From NCBI GenBank assembly GCA_025340205.1, contig CP006868.1, forward strand, positions 1,500,001-1,532,000: DNA of 32,000 bases. Reading direction: 5' to 3'. The DNA comes from Ignicoccus pacificus DSM 13166. Its GTDB lineage: Archaea; Thermoproteota; Thermoprotei_A; Sulfolobales; Ignicoccaceae. The position numbers and the translations under genes are program-made. The notes under the pieces were generated by a model, which worked only from the letters and a program-made list of their open reading frames with translations, was not told the origin of the DNA and made no database searches. Numbering within the stretch: position 1 is the first letter of the stretch; every line of letters starts with the position of its first letter. Shown here piece by piece: positions 22,401 to 30,870 of this stretch.

Positions 22401-22591
22401 GCCTCTACCAGTCCCTCAGCGAGAGCTTGAGGGAGGCGGTACTAACTGGAGAGTTCGACGAGAAAGAGGTCTTGGAGAAGTACAAGCAGTATCTACAGAG
22501 CAAGCTTGGTCTAGAGGTGGACGTAGAGGAGTACAAGCCTGAGGACAAGAAGAAGCCCATGCCGTTGAAGCCTGCGATATACGTGGAGTGA
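19484..22591 (+). CDS. leuS: leucyl-tRNA synthetase (archaeal type)
   Basis: 1035-aa ORF with a GTG start. It has the HIGH-type motif PMHLGH and KMSKS (GQKMSKSLGN). It also has an archaeal LeuRS editing domain and the C-terminal tail ...KKKPMPLKPAIYVE, closely resembling Pyrococcus LeuRS as I remember it. Confidence 0.95.
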   Translation: MQREFISYLNEISKKWRKKWEEAKLFEAEVSDKPKFFITAAFPYPNSPMHLGHSRTYSITDAYARFKRMQGFNVLFPMGFHYTGTPIIAMAEKVKIANEILEKVKEKEDPVAFLRAVWESARACSKETGRKLGDCFEEALNSQLERLGLGKVSKTQAEAVMQTALFLFMFDLPYEDIVKLTDPLAMADYFASITEESMKEMGYMIDWRRKFRTIDPDFQKFIVWQFTVLQKLGYVEKGTHPVAWDPVYNTPVSQHDTMGDVEPEIEDYDVILFKLKDEDLYLPAATLRAETVFGVTNVWLNPNVEYKVVEVEGKKWLLSPKAAYKIKYQKDEVKEVGVVKGSELLKKLAVNPATGDEVPILPATFVDPNVATGVVMSVPAHAPFDYVALKDLEKDPEYSEMVKNIEIIPVIEVPGMDEPTAVAIVKKMGIKSQEEKEKLEEATKEVYALEYRKGRMREDVLERAEKLGGKPLVGALKVLMAKKPVPEARELTANWLSAFGRGDKFYEIKNGPVYSRFGNEVVAKILKDQWFLNYGDPQWKALARKLLAQMRIVPEKFRKDFEETIEWLQRRACARTRGLGTPLPWDPKWIIESLSDSTIYMAFYTVDHILRSAKVDPEKLQPEVWDYILLGKGEVEKIAEKYGIDEEVLEKARESFSYWYPLDSRHSGKDLIKNHLTFFIFNHAAIFPEDLWPRQIVVNGFVTLQGQKMSKSLGNIIPLYKATRIYSPDVIRLGLLYGAELGSDADFNEQVVDRILENLKEIKEIVEMVKEFGEVEKPQELHVLDSWLLSSFIHDVDEVTQAMEDLRTRSASNTIYFILLNKIKEYLKDVKASGREDDQSVKWVLKYIVDRWVRMMVPFTPYFAEEMWHLLGHEGFVLNEPWPIAERELVDLIAIASKEYVDTLIEDIKEIIRVAKIENPKRVRIVVAPKEAQEMLRLAVKLAKEGKGMREFMAEGVKIYGKRAAKDLKRIFSLYQSLSESLREAVLTGEFDEKEVLEKYKQYLQSKLGLEVDVEEYKPEDKKKPMPLKPAIYVE

Positions 22592-22629
22592 CTTTTTCGC
22601 TCCCACGTGCCTCTAAACCGGTAAAGTCG

Positions 22630-23100
22630 ATGAGTAAGGGCGAGGCTCTCCTGCTCCTCCTCTCAATAGCCTTGGCCTTAGCGGTCTTGGCTTTAACTTA
22701 CGATCTTGACTCTTTGAGAAAGGACTACAACGCTATAAAGGAAGCGCTAAAGACCTTGACCGTAAGGTATGTCACTGTAACAAAATTGGTTACGAAGACA
22801 ACGGTTCCAGGCTACTGCTCTAACGTAAGCGTCTTGACTCCCGAAAACGGAGCCGTCACCTTAGTCACTCCACTTAGACCAGGGGAGAAGGTCACTGTCG
22901 TATGTAACGGAAATGGAACTTTGGCATTAGGTACCTACGTTTACGTATACCCAGTGGTTCAAACTACCACTACGTGGGCCGTGGGAAGTGCTGGGGACAT
23001 AATCTTTTGCAATGGAGAGTACGTGTTGATGAATACTTACAACAAAACTGAGACGTTCACAGTCGTCGCGGTCAGCGCGACGCTCACGATTAAGGGCTAG
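22630..23100 (+). CDS. small membrane-anchored or secreted beta-rich protein (possible class III/pilin-like signal peptide)
   Basis: The ORF track frame is 22588-23100. I prefer the internal ATG at 22630, giving MSKGEALLLLLSIALALAVLALTYDL... This is a short charged N-terminus ending in KG, then a hydrophobic helix, then a Thr/Val-rich beta-like domain. Confidence 0.55.
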   Translation: MSKGEALLLLLSIALALAVLALTYDLDSLRKDYNAIKEALKTLTVRYVTVTKLVTKTTVPGYCSNVSVLTPENGAVTLVTPLRPGEKVTVVCNGNGTLALGTYVYVYPVVQTTTTWAVGSAGDIIFCNGEYVLMNTYNKTETFTVVAVSATLTIKG

Positions 23101-23358
23101 AGGTCTCTCTCGACCGTCTCCCCGGGCCAAGGGCTATACTTCATTATTATGTTGTCTACCTCTGGGATTCCGAGCAAATCTTCAGTATTTACATTAACCG
23201 TAGGCTTTACTACCTCAGTCATCTCGTCTCCCAATAGCTTAGTAGAGCGTGGCAAAGCTAATAAAGGGGTGAGGAGTATAGTTTCGTATTCGTAAAATAG
23301 CGATAAGTTGAACACAGCTATAAGGGCGCCTTCAAGGGAGAGGGGGGCACAAGGTACC

Positions 23359-23964
23359 ATGATGTACGTGTATAAGACCATGAAAGAGATAGCTACGTTC
23401 ATCTACTTCGCGTCGAAGGCGTTGAAGGAATACCAAGTGGAGGAGTTCATAAACTTGCTGGTGAAGACGTACAACGACCCCAAGTCAAAAGTACTGGTGA
23501 TGGGTGCGGGAAGGAGCGGATTGGTAGCTAGGTCCTTTGCCATGAGGCTCATGCACCTAGGCTACAACGCCTACGTCCTCGGGGACACGATAGTTCCTAG
23601 TGTGAAGAAGGATGACGTGGTAATAGCGATCTCCGGTTCCGGCACTACGAAGCTCGTGGTCGCCGCTGCTGAGGCAGCGAAGCACGTGGGAGCAAAGCTT
23701 GTCGCCTTGACTAGCTACGCTAACTCTCCACTAGGAAAGCTGGCTGACGTAATAGTGGAGATTCCCGGGAGGACCAAGCTGAGCGTCTCCCAAGATTACT
23801 TCGCCAGACAAATACTGGGAATCCACGAGCCTCTAGCTCCTCTGGGAACCCTCTTCGAGATAACCACTCAAGCCTTCCTGGACAGCGTAGTGGTAGAGCT
23901 GATGCACAGGCTAGGCAAGACCGAGGAGGATCTGAGGGAGGCCCACGCGAACATCGAACTTTGA
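23359..23964 (+). CDS. hxlB: 6-phospho-3-hexuloisomerase (SIS domain)
   Basis: The SIS-domain core [33 protein letters not shown]...[11 protein letters not shown] resembles archaeal PHI (MJ1247-like). The ORF track starts at a TTG at 23308. The ATG pair at 23359 fits family length better. Confidence 0.8.
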   Translation: MMYVYKTMKEIATFIYFASKALKEYQVEEFINLLVKTYNDPKSKVLVMGAGRSGLVARSFAMRLMHLGYNAYVLGDTIVPSVKKDDVVIAISGSGTTKLVVAAAEAAKHVGAKLVALTSYANSPLGKLADVIVEIPGRTKLSVSQDYFARQILGIHEPLAPLGTLFEITTQAFLDSVVVELMHRLGKTEEDLREAHANIEL

Positions 23965-24007
23965 GAAATATTTATAAAGACCTCCCTTCAGCCCTCCCTC
24001 GGGAGGA

Positions 24008-24085
24008 GCCGCCGTAGTATAGTCCGGCCAAGTATGCGGGCCTCTCAAGCCCGTGACCCGGGTTCAAATCCCGGCGGCGGCACCA
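24008..24085 (+). tRNA. tRNA-Glu (anticodon CUC) with genomically encoded CCA
   Basis: Manual cloverleaf. The acceptor stem GCCGCCG/CGGCGGC is perfect. The D stem is GUAU/GUAU. The anticodon stem is CGGGC/GCCCG with loop CU-CUC-AA. The T stem is CCGGG/CCCGG with loop UUCAAAU. The discriminator is A, followed by CCA. Confidence 0.9.
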
Positions 24086-24163
24086 CATTCCTATCCTCAT
24101 GTTCATACCTATCCGAAGACGGAAGCGATAAACGCTAGTATCAGTAGGTTACATCGACGAACC

Positions 24164-24937
24164 ATGTGTTCGTGTCTCTGCTACTTCATATTAGTATACT
24201 CTAACGTAAGTCTCGCGAACTATTCCTTCAGGTACGTGATAACGGATCCTTCTACTAATATAACTGGTCCTAACGCGTTTGCCTACTTAGACATAGGTCA
24301 TGCTGAGGACTGGAGAGATTACTGGTCCTACTTGAACAAGTCCTTGATTCTAGGTCCTACACAATGGCCTGGAGAGTACTACGTGAAGTTCTGGGATCCT
24401 CGGTGGTTAAACATTATGGAGAAGGAGATAAGGGGAATTGCGGAAAGGGGGTACGGAGGGGTCTTCTTCGACAACTTGGACGCTTGCTTGGATTTGAACA
24501 ACGTTACTTCGAACGCTTGTACTCTAATGGAAGACTTCGTGAACGAGCTCTCCTCCTATGCAAGTTCCTTAGGGTTGAAAGTTATAGTAAACGTAGGATC
24601 AGTGGCCTACATGGCACCTGAGCTAAAGGTATATGGTGTGTTAAGGGAGGAGACCTTATGTCCCTTGGACCCTCAAGATTGGAGCGACTTGGTTAAAGCG
24701 AAGGAAGAAGGGAAGGTGGTAATAGATGTGGAATACAACACCACTAATGCCTGTGAAAGCGTCGCTCTGAAGGCGTGTGATGAGGGGATCTACGTTTACT
24801 TGGCTCCCTCCGTCTCTTTATCGAAACCATCTGATTTATGTAAGAGAAGCCAAGAGCTCGGCTATTGGCCCCTCCTAGCGGTGTTCGCTATCCCAGTGCT
24901 TAGGAAGAAACTATGTACCTCCTGCCATAGTCACTAG
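24164..24937 (+). CDS. TM1410/MJ1477-family (GH114-like) putative extracellular glycoside hydrolase with a C-terminal anchor
   Basis: The track ORF starts at 24053 inside the tRNA, so I moved the start to the in-frame ATG at 24164 (MCSCLCYFILVYSNVSLA, signal-like). The motifs GEYYVKFWDPRW and GYGGVFFDNLDA resemble this family as I remember it. The C-terminus WPLLAVFAIPVLRKK is hydrophobic with a basic tail. Confidence 0.5.
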   Translation: MCSCLCYFILVYSNVSLANYSFRYVITDPSTNITGPNAFAYLDIGHAEDWRDYWSYLNKSLILGPTQWPGEYYVKFWDPRWLNIMEKEIRGIAERGYGGVFFDNLDACLDLNNVTSNACTLMEDFVNELSSYASSLGLKVIVNVGSVAYMAPELKVYGVLREETLCPLDPQDWSDLVKAKEEGKVVIDVEYNTTNACESVALKACDEGIYVYLAPSVSLSKPSDLCKRSQELGYWPLLAVFAIPVLRKKLCTSCHSH

Positions 24938-24943
24938 GAGCGA

Positions 24944-26020
24944 GTGTTGCTAGGAGTACTGGGGGTCTACGTAGCGAGCGCCTTGGCTTGGCTCTCGCTA
25001 ACAGTCGCCTACGTTCACGTCTCCTCGGCTAAGTCCTTCGTTCTGGCCAGATCTCCGGAATCTTCGAACTTCCACTTGATGACGTTCTTATCTAACTTGG
25101 TAGTGAGTGTAACGGTAGTCGCTCTCCTAGGTACATTCGTGTCCTATGGAGTCTTGATTAGTTTGCCTCTCTCCCTCTTCATGTTTGCAATAGCGCTGAG
25201 GAATTCGTCACCAAAATTGAAGAAGTTGGAGTACGATGAGAGGGTAGACAGCTTCTACCCCTATAATTGCTTGACTAAGGAATACTTGTTCGTGTTACCG
25301 CCAGAGATCCTAGGGAGCGAGAGAGTGATGAAGCTTAAGGAGATGCTCAGCGAGGACTCGAGGCTCGCCGTCTTCGTCCGATACGCCTTGGTCTCCCCGG
25401 CCTCGGCGCTCGTGGCAGCTTCCTTCTACCCGGCGTTCGGTCCAATTGCCCTATTCGCCATGGGTTATTCACTACAAGGAAAAATGGCCTTAATCTCCGC
25501 CATAGCGGGCTGGCTCGGGTTAATGGCATCCCTAAAGGGGGAGATGGGGCCCATAGTTAGGGCAAGGCTTATAGAGGAAAAGGTGAAGATGTTCTTCTCA
25601 CAGATAACGTTCTCAGAGGCGTTAGTGCTCTACGTCCTAATGGTCTTAGTGCTTAGCGGCATAGCCACCTACGGCTTCTATAAAAAGATAAGGAAATGGG
25701 GTATCGAGGTGGTGGCTCTGTTCATCCCGTTGGTCGCCTATGCTATTGCAGAGAATAGGTTCGGAGAGCCCTTGGCTGTAGCTTCCTTTGCGTTAGGAGC
25801 TTCGTTAGCTGCCTACAAGAGGGTCGTGGATCCTCTCAAGATCCTCGAGAGGGTAGCCTTCATACTTCGGAAGCTAGGAGCAATGATCGTGTACTACGAC
25901 GTCCCCTTGTTGCCTTACTTGTTAATATCCTCGTTCTTCTATCACTTGCTAAGCGTTAGGTGCGTTGGGCTTAGAGCCCTGGTTGAGTACTTTGAAAGGA
26001 TAATGCCTCTCATATCATAG
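24944..26020 (+). CDS. hypothetical polytopic membrane protein
   Basis: 358-aa ORF with a GTG start and about 8 hydrophobic segments. I recognise no family. Confidence 0.55.
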   Translation: MLLGVLGVYVASALAWLSLTVAYVHVSSAKSFVLARSPESSNFHLMTFLSNLVVSVTVVALLGTFVSYGVLISLPLSLFMFAIALRNSSPKLKKLEYDERVDSFYPYNCLTKEYLFVLPPEILGSERVMKLKEMLSEDSRLAVFVRYALVSPASALVAASFYPAFGPIALFAMGYSLQGKMALISAIAGWLGLMASLKGEMGPIVRARLIEEKVKMFFSQITFSEALVLYVLMVLVLSGIATYGFYKKIRKWGIEVVALFIPLVAYAIAENRFGEPLAVASFALGASLAAYKRVVDPLKILERVAFILRKLGAMIVYYDVPLLPYLLISSFFYHLLSVRCVGLRALVEYFERIMPLIS

Positions 26021-26111
26021 CTCAGCCAGCAGCCCTTCAGCTCACCGCTCGCCCTGCCCGCTTTCATCATCGACTTATGCTCTCCTTCCCCGCTGAGGTG
26101 GGGAGGGTAAA

Positions 26112-26333
26112 GTGGAAGAGATAATCAAGGTGTGCGTCAAGCCTAACGCTCCTAAGAGCGAGGTAGTTGGCATGGAAGAGGATTGCTTGCTCGTGAAGGT
26201 TACCTCTCCTCCGGAGGGAGGAAGAGCTAACCGGGAGCTGGTGAAGTTACTTAAGAAGCACTTCAAGGCTAAGAAGGTCGAAATTATAAAAGGTGAAAAA
26301 AGTAGAACAAAGTTAGTGAAAATAATAAAATAG
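26112..26333 (+). CDS. DUF167 (YggU/UPF0235) family protein
   Basis: 73-aa ORF with a GTG start preceded by GGGAGGG. VKPNAPKSEVVG...LLVKVTSPPEGGRANRELVKLLKKHF...VEIIKGEKSRTKLVKI fits the DUF167 pattern. Confidence 0.8.
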   Translation: MEEIIKVCVKPNAPKSEVVGMEEDCLLVKVTSPPEGGRANRELVKLLKKHFKAKKVEIIKGEKSRTKLVKIIK

Positions 26334-26536
26334 AGAAAGATAGAACCTTAGTCTATTGTATTCACCCCTCGGTTAACGTTCTTTAATAGCGTCAAATTAA
26401 CTCACCTTAATTCATTTTTGTTGTCATGACCTGCCACACTTGGAAGCAATGAACGTCGAAAGAAAGCGTTTTAACTGTCAAACGGAGCCGCCGTTTTCTT
26501 ATACCTATTTTGTGATGTGAACTAGGGTTATCCATC

Positions 26537-27019
26537 TTGGCATACGACCTGGAGATGCAAGACTCTAAGATAAGAATAAAGGGTTCTGAAGAGAGAGTCA
26601 TGATAGTACCGACAAAGATGATAGCTGAAATGGGTAAGGAGTTCTATAAGATAGTTGGTGATGCCTCGAAGGTAATGATGAGGGAAATAGGTAAGTGCCT
26701 TGGAGAGTACATGACGGAGGTTGCCATCTCAGAGCTCAAAAAGGAAGTGTCGCAATCCGATCTGAGGGACCTCTTGAACGCTATAGCCACCTTCTTAGCC
26801 AGGAGCGGCTTCGGTAAGATATCCGTCGAAGAGGAAGACGACGGTTCCCTGAAGATAGTAGTAGAAGACGCTCCTTCTAAGGGAAGCAACGTCGATTGCT
26901 CCTTCGAGGAAGGAGTGGTTAAGGGAGTGCTCGAGAAGATGACCGGAAAGAAATACATGGTTAGGAAGCTGGGTAGCGACGGCTCTAGGTGCGTTGTCTT
27001 AGTCAAGGAGTACAAGTGA
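26537..27019 (+). CDS. V4R-domain (4-vinyl reductase-like) small-molecule-binding protein
   Basis: 160-aa ORF with a TTG start. FLARSGFGKISVEEEDDGSLKIVVEDAPS...CSFEEGVVKGVLEKMTGK resembles V4R domains. Confidence 0.55.
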   Translation: MAYDLEMQDSKIRIKGSEERVMIVPTKMIAEMGKEFYKIVGDASKVMMREIGKCLGEYMTEVAISELKKEVSQSDLRDLLNAIATFLARSGFGKISVEEEDDGSLKIVVEDAPSKGSNVDCSFEEGVVKGVLEKMTGKKYMVRKLGSDGSRCVVLVKEYK

Positions 27020-27398
27020 TCTGCTCCGCTATCTTCTTGTAGACCTTCTTTTTGTAAACGTTGGTACATCTGCTGAAAGTGGCCTTAGCGGTCTTCAAGC
27101 CAGTATAGTCCTTACCCAAGTACTTCTTCGCCTCCTCCAAAGTGCTCTTAACGCATTCATCCACTTCCCTTTCGAATTCATCGAAGCTTATCTCACACTT
27201 CTCGAGCTTCTCCGAAAGCTCCCTTATCTTGCCCTTACAATTATCCCTCCCCTTTCTTACCTCATCAAGCGCCTTCTCTATAGCTTCCTTTAGCTTCTCC
27301 TTGTCTTCAACCTTTTCCAAGTTCTTATTCAATATATCATTAAGCTTGTTTTCCATCCTGTCGAATATTGACATTACTTGCTCATAGATGCTCTCCAT
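27003..27398 (-). CDS. hypothetical coiled-coil protein
   Basis: 131-aa ORF, highly charged with heptad-like K/E/L-rich sequence. It converges on the V4R gene and overlaps it by 17 nt. I recognise no family. Confidence 0.5.
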   Translation of the reverse strand: MESIYEQVMSIFDRMENKLNDILNKNLEKVEDKEKLKEAIEKALDEVRKGRDNCKGKIRELSEKLEKCEISFDEFEREVDECVKSTLEEAKKYLGKDYTGLKTAKATFSRCTNVYKKKVYKKIAEQITCTP

Positions 27399-27601
27399 AC
27401 TTTCTCCCGATGAGGTCTAGCGAGGAGCGAGGATATTCAAGGGGCTAGTCGATGAGGTCCCTAGGCCATAGGCGCCGAGAGGTCCTCTCCTTCACGGGAT
27501 CTTAAAGTCGTGTTAGACGTACCGAGCCCGAAACTCTAAAACTCACAACTCGTGAGCTCCGCCCTAAATTAGGGACCCGGAGAGGCTCATGGGTATAGAA
27601 C

Positions 27602-28501
27602 ATGGTGAACTGGAGGTCAACCACTACTCTGATAATGTTCCTACTAGGCTTAAGCGTAGCCATAAGCGGCATAGCGCTCTTCTTCGCGCCACCGGGTTCC
27701 TTGGTTAACGCCAAGCTGTTGGGATTGCCTAAGGCTACTTGGGAGCTCTTCCACACGACCACCTCCATAGCAATAGTATTCTTTGCGACCTTACACGTCT
27801 GGTTCAACAGAAGGGCCCTAATCATATACTTTAAGAAGAACTACAAGGAATTAGGAGTTGCTCTGCTAATAACTGGAGTGCTCGTAGCGTCTTCACTAGC
27901 CAACGCCCCTCCCGCCACTTGGATAGACCAAGTGAGGCTCAGCATAGAGGACTGGTGGAGGACCCACTACAGCGGAGCGAAGGGCTTCGGTCAGATGACT
28001 TTGACCGAGCTATGCCAGAAGTACGGAATACCGGTCAACAAGGCGATAAACTACATCAAGCAGAAGTACGGAGTAACCGTCTCTCCGAATGAGCTCCTAA
28101 TGACAATAGCTGAGAAGATAGGAACGTCTCCGGCTGTGATAGGCGGAGAGATAATAGCTCTGAAGACGCAGACGGTTCAAGCTAAGGTAACGCAGTCCCC
28201 AACTCAGACGGCCCAAGCGACTAAGGTGATCCAAACTACGGCGATCCAAACCGTGACCCAGAGTCCTAGAGCTACTGGAACTCCGACGGGAGGAGGGCCC
28301 GGAGGAGGAGCTGGCTACGGTATGGAAACTCTTCAGCAGTTCTGCCAACAAAACGGAGTTCCTCTGCAAGAGGCCATAAACTACCTAAAGCAGAAGTATG
28401 GAATTAACGTCACGCCGGATATGACCATAAGGGACATAGCGTTCAGCGTGGGCTTGAAGCCATATCAATTGGTGCAAGAGCTCACTGAGTTAGGCAAGTA
28501 A
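27602..28501 (+). CDS. membrane protein (DUF4405-like N-terminus) with two tandem helical domains of about 50 aa
   Basis: 299-aa ORF. It has 3 N-terminal TM segments with conserved His (ELFHTTTS, ATLHVWFNRR). An internal repeat follows: LTELCQKYGIPVNKAINYIKQKYGVTVSPNE versus LQQFCQQNGVPLQEAINYLKQKYGINVTPDM. The two copies are separated by a Thr/Gln-rich, Gly-rich linker. Confidence 0.65.
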   Translation: MVNWRSTTTLIMFLLGLSVAISGIALFFAPPGSLVNAKLLGLPKATWELFHTTTSIAIVFFATLHVWFNRRALIIYFKKNYKELGVALLITGVLVASSLANAPPATWIDQVRLSIEDWWRTHYSGAKGFGQMTLTELCQKYGIPVNKAINYIKQKYGVTVSPNELLMTIAEKIGTSPAVIGGEIIALKTQTVQAKVTQSPTQTAQATKVIQTTAIQTVTQSPRATGTPTGGGPGGGAGYGMETLQQFCQQNGVPLQEAINYLKQKYGINVTPDMTIRDIAFSVGLKPYQLVQELTELGK

Positions 28502-28533
28502 CTTTTTCTCTTTTCACGTCTAGGATCTTAAAG

Positions 28534-29928
28534 GTGCGTAGTCGCTTGCTCGACGCCTTTTTCGAGCCTCGTTCAGTTGCGATAATAGGTGCCACCCCTA
28601 AACCTAGAAAGCCTGGATACATAATTCTCACAAATATGAAAACTAGATTCAAGGGAAAGCTTTACGCCGTAAACCCCAAGTACAAGAATGTTCTAGGAGT
28701 TCCTTGCTTCCCGTCGATACTTGATGTGTCGGACGAAGTGGATCTGGCCATAGTTGTGGTTCCTAATAGAGTTGTCGAAAAAGTCATAGACGATGTGATA
28801 AAGAAGGACGTCAAGGCAGTAATAATAATAACCGCCGGCTTTTCTGAAATAGGCAACAAGGAGCTGGAAGAGAGGGTAAAGGAGAGGCTGAGGGAGCACG
28901 GAATTAGAGCAATAGGGCCCAACTGCTTGGGTGTTTACTATTATCCAGGTGGCGTGGACACCTTCTTCTTCAGGGAGCCGGGAACGCCCAGGCCTCCTCC
29001 CTCTGACTTGGCGATAATAAGTCAGAGCGGAGCGCTGGCGGCCTCCATAATGGACACGGCGGCTTCAAGAGGAATAGGTATTGGAGCCGCCATAAGCTTG
29101 GGCAACAGAATAGACGTGGGAGAGGCGGAACTGCTTCCCTATTTGAGGAGCAAGGGCTTCAAAAGCTTCTTGCTATACATAGAAGGCTTGAGGGACGGTG
29201 AAGGTAAGTCCTTCTTAGAAGCTCTATCTCTAATAAGTGATTCAAAGGTGCTGATCTACAAGGGAGGTAGGACGAAGGTCTCCCAGAGGGCCACCGCTTC
29301 CCACACGGCCTCAGTAGCCGGAAGCTACAAGGTGTTCAAGGACGTGGTCGAGGAGTTCGGAGGGGCGGTAGCCGAGGACCCAGGGGAGATAATGGCCTTT
29401 GCTAGCGCCGTCCAGTACATGGATATTCCAAAGGGCAATAAGTTATTGGTAGTAACCGATGCCGGCGGAGTGGGGGTGCAGCTAGCCGATGCACTGGGAG
29501 ATCTTTACGATATGCCAAAACCTTTGAGTAAGGAGCTGGAGGTTCAGCTTCCTCCCCACGTGAGGCCCAACAATCCTATGGACGTGGGAGGCGATGCAGA
29601 CGACGCTCGGTATGAGTTAGTATTGAAGACTCTCTCGAAGAGATACGATTTAGTAATAGTGGCGGCGCTGCTCGAGTCTCCCGGAACCACCCCTTACATA
29701 GCGGACATAGTGAAGGAGGTCCAAGAGGAGACCGGTGTGCCTCACCTACTGCTATCAAGCGGAGGAAAGTACAGCGAGGTGTTGGAGCTGAGAGCCAGGG
29801 AGCTAGGCCTAGGCTTCGCCAAGGGCGTCGAGGAGGCGATAGCTGCTGCTAAGGTTCTGTGGAGAATTAGAAAGACAAAGGAAATTCTAGCTAAGAGATT
29901 AAGATGCCAGAAAGCTATATCCGTGTAA
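28534..29928 (+). CDS. ADP-forming acetyl-CoA synthetase alpha subunit / CoA-binding (succinyl-CoA-synthetase-like) protein
   Basis: 464-aa ORF with a GTG start. It has an N-terminal CoA-binding fold FFEPRSVAIIGATPKPRKPGY...YAVNPKY...DLAIVVVP, the stretch GPNCLG, and a phosphohistidine-loop-like ATASHTASVAGS. Confidence 0.8.
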   Translation: MRSRLLDAFFEPRSVAIIGATPKPRKPGYIILTNMKTRFKGKLYAVNPKYKNVLGVPCFPSILDVSDEVDLAIVVVPNRVVEKVIDDVIKKDVKAVIIITAGFSEIGNKELEERVKERLREHGIRAIGPNCLGVYYYPGGVDTFFFREPGTPRPPPSDLAIISQSGALAASIMDTAASRGIGIGAAISLGNRIDVGEAELLPYLRSKGFKSFLLYIEGLRDGEGKSFLEALSLISDSKVLIYKGGRTKVSQRATASHTASVAGSYKVFKDVVEEFGGAVAEDPGEIMAFASAVQYMDIPKGNKLLVVTDAGGVGVQLADALGDLYDMPKPLSKELEVQLPPHVRPNNPMDVGGDADDARYELVLKTLSKRYDLVIVAALLESPGTTPYIADIVKEVQEETGVPHLLLSSGGKYSEVLELRARELGLGFAKGVEEAIAAAKVLWRIRKTKEILAKRLRCQKAISV

Positions 29929-29951
29929 TCAATGCACGCTAGGGTGCGCGC

Positions 29952-30869
29952 GTGCGCGATATCATTTCGATCGAAGACTTAGAGCGTAGCGATATAGAGA
30001 AGATGTTCGACGCTGCCTTTGAAATAGAATCAAAGAAACTCCACAAATCCTCTTGGTGCCTTCTCAAGGATAAAACCGTAATCTTAGCCTTCTTCGAGCC
30101 CTCCACTAGGACTAGGCTGAGCTTCGAGTTAGCCAGCAAGAGGCTCTGCGCCCATACCCTGAGCGTCGTCGGTGAGGAAGCGATAAGCTTGGCCAAGGGA
30201 GAAAGCTTCAGAGATACGATAAAGGTATTCGACACCTTAGGAGATTTGATAGTGATAAGGCACTCTAGGGAAGGGAGCGCTAGGTACGCAGCAGAGATAG
30301 CGGAGTCCCCGGTGATCAACGCCGGCGACGGAAGGAATCACCATCCTACTCAGAGTCTCATAGACTTGTATACAATAAAGAAGCTGAAGGGAGATATAGA
30401 CGGCTTGAGTTACGCCGTCGTGGGTGACTTGAGGTATGCCAGAACTGCAAGGTCCTTCTTACTAGCTCTAACTAAGTTCAAGCCCAAGTCTATATACTTA
30501 GTCGCTCCTCCTCCCTTGAAGCCCCCTCACAACCTCTTGGAGAAGCTGAGGAACAAGGGCTTTAGGATATATGAGACAGAGAAGGTAGAAGATGTAATAA
30601 ACATGGTGGACGTGCTCTACGTAACCAGAATACAAAGGGAGAGGATACCCGATCCTCAAGAGTACGAAAGAGTAAAGGGAAGCTACAGGATAACTAGGGA
30701 CTTGTTAAGAAAGGCTAAGAGTGATCTAATAGTACTCCATCCCTTGCCTAGGCTCGACGAGCTCGACATAGCTATAGACGAGACCAAACACGCGGCTTAC
30801 TTCGAACAAGTTAAGTCTGCCGTACCTATCAGGATGACGGCTCTCGCTTGGAGCGCGGGGGTGCTGTAG
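29952..30869 (+). CDS. pyrB: aspartate carbamoyltransferase catalytic subunit
   Basis: 305-aa ORF with a GTG start. It has the carbamoyl-phosphate motif STRTR (FEPSTRTRLSFE), HPTQ (NHHPTQSLID) and HPLPR (VLHPLPRLDE). Confidence 0.95.
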   Translation: MRDIISIEDLERSDIEKMFDAAFEIESKKLHKSSWCLLKDKTVILAFFEPSTRTRLSFELASKRLCAHTLSVVGEEAISLAKGESFRDTIKVFDTLGDLIVIRHSREGSARYAAEIAESPVINAGDGRNHHPTQSLIDLYTIKKLKGDIDGLSYAVVGDLRYARTARSFLLALTKFKPKSIYLVAPPPLKPPHNLLEKLRNKGFRIYETEKVEDVINMVDVLYVTRIQRERIPDPQEYERVKGSYRITRDLLRKAKSDLIVLHPLPRLDELDIAIDETKHAAYFEQVKSAVPIRMTALAWSAGVL

Positions 30870-30870
30870 C

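Noticed and set aside
23097-23402. 101-aa minus-strand ORF, with a possible 41-aa version from the Met at 23222: MTEVVKPTVNVNTEDLLGIPEVDNIIMKYSPWPGETVERDL
   Set aside because: The long version overlaps the likely PHI start and promoter and has odd composition. The short version has no recognisable family and falls below what I can support. It is left unannotated.
24053-24163. N-terminal extension of the 294-aa ORF as listed in the track
   Set aside because: It would be translated through the 3' half of tRNA-Glu. The in-frame ATG at 24164 gives a sensible signal peptide.
27399-27601. GC-rich intergenic region of about 200 nt, considered as a tRNA, C/D-box sRNA or other ncRNA. It contains the 10-nt direct repeat CGATGAGGTC at about 27408 and 27450, and the palindrome CCCTAAATTAGGG at about 27565-27577.
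   Set aside because: I could not build a cloverleaf or a proper C/D box arrangement (RUGAUGA...CUGA). The region lies between divergent genes, so promoter and operator elements are the simpler reading. The palindrome includes a TATA-like TAAATTA about 25-35 nt before the 27602 start. It could be revisited with covariance-model scans.
29939-30319. 126-aa minus-strand ORF
   Set aside because: It is an antisense shadow of pyrB.
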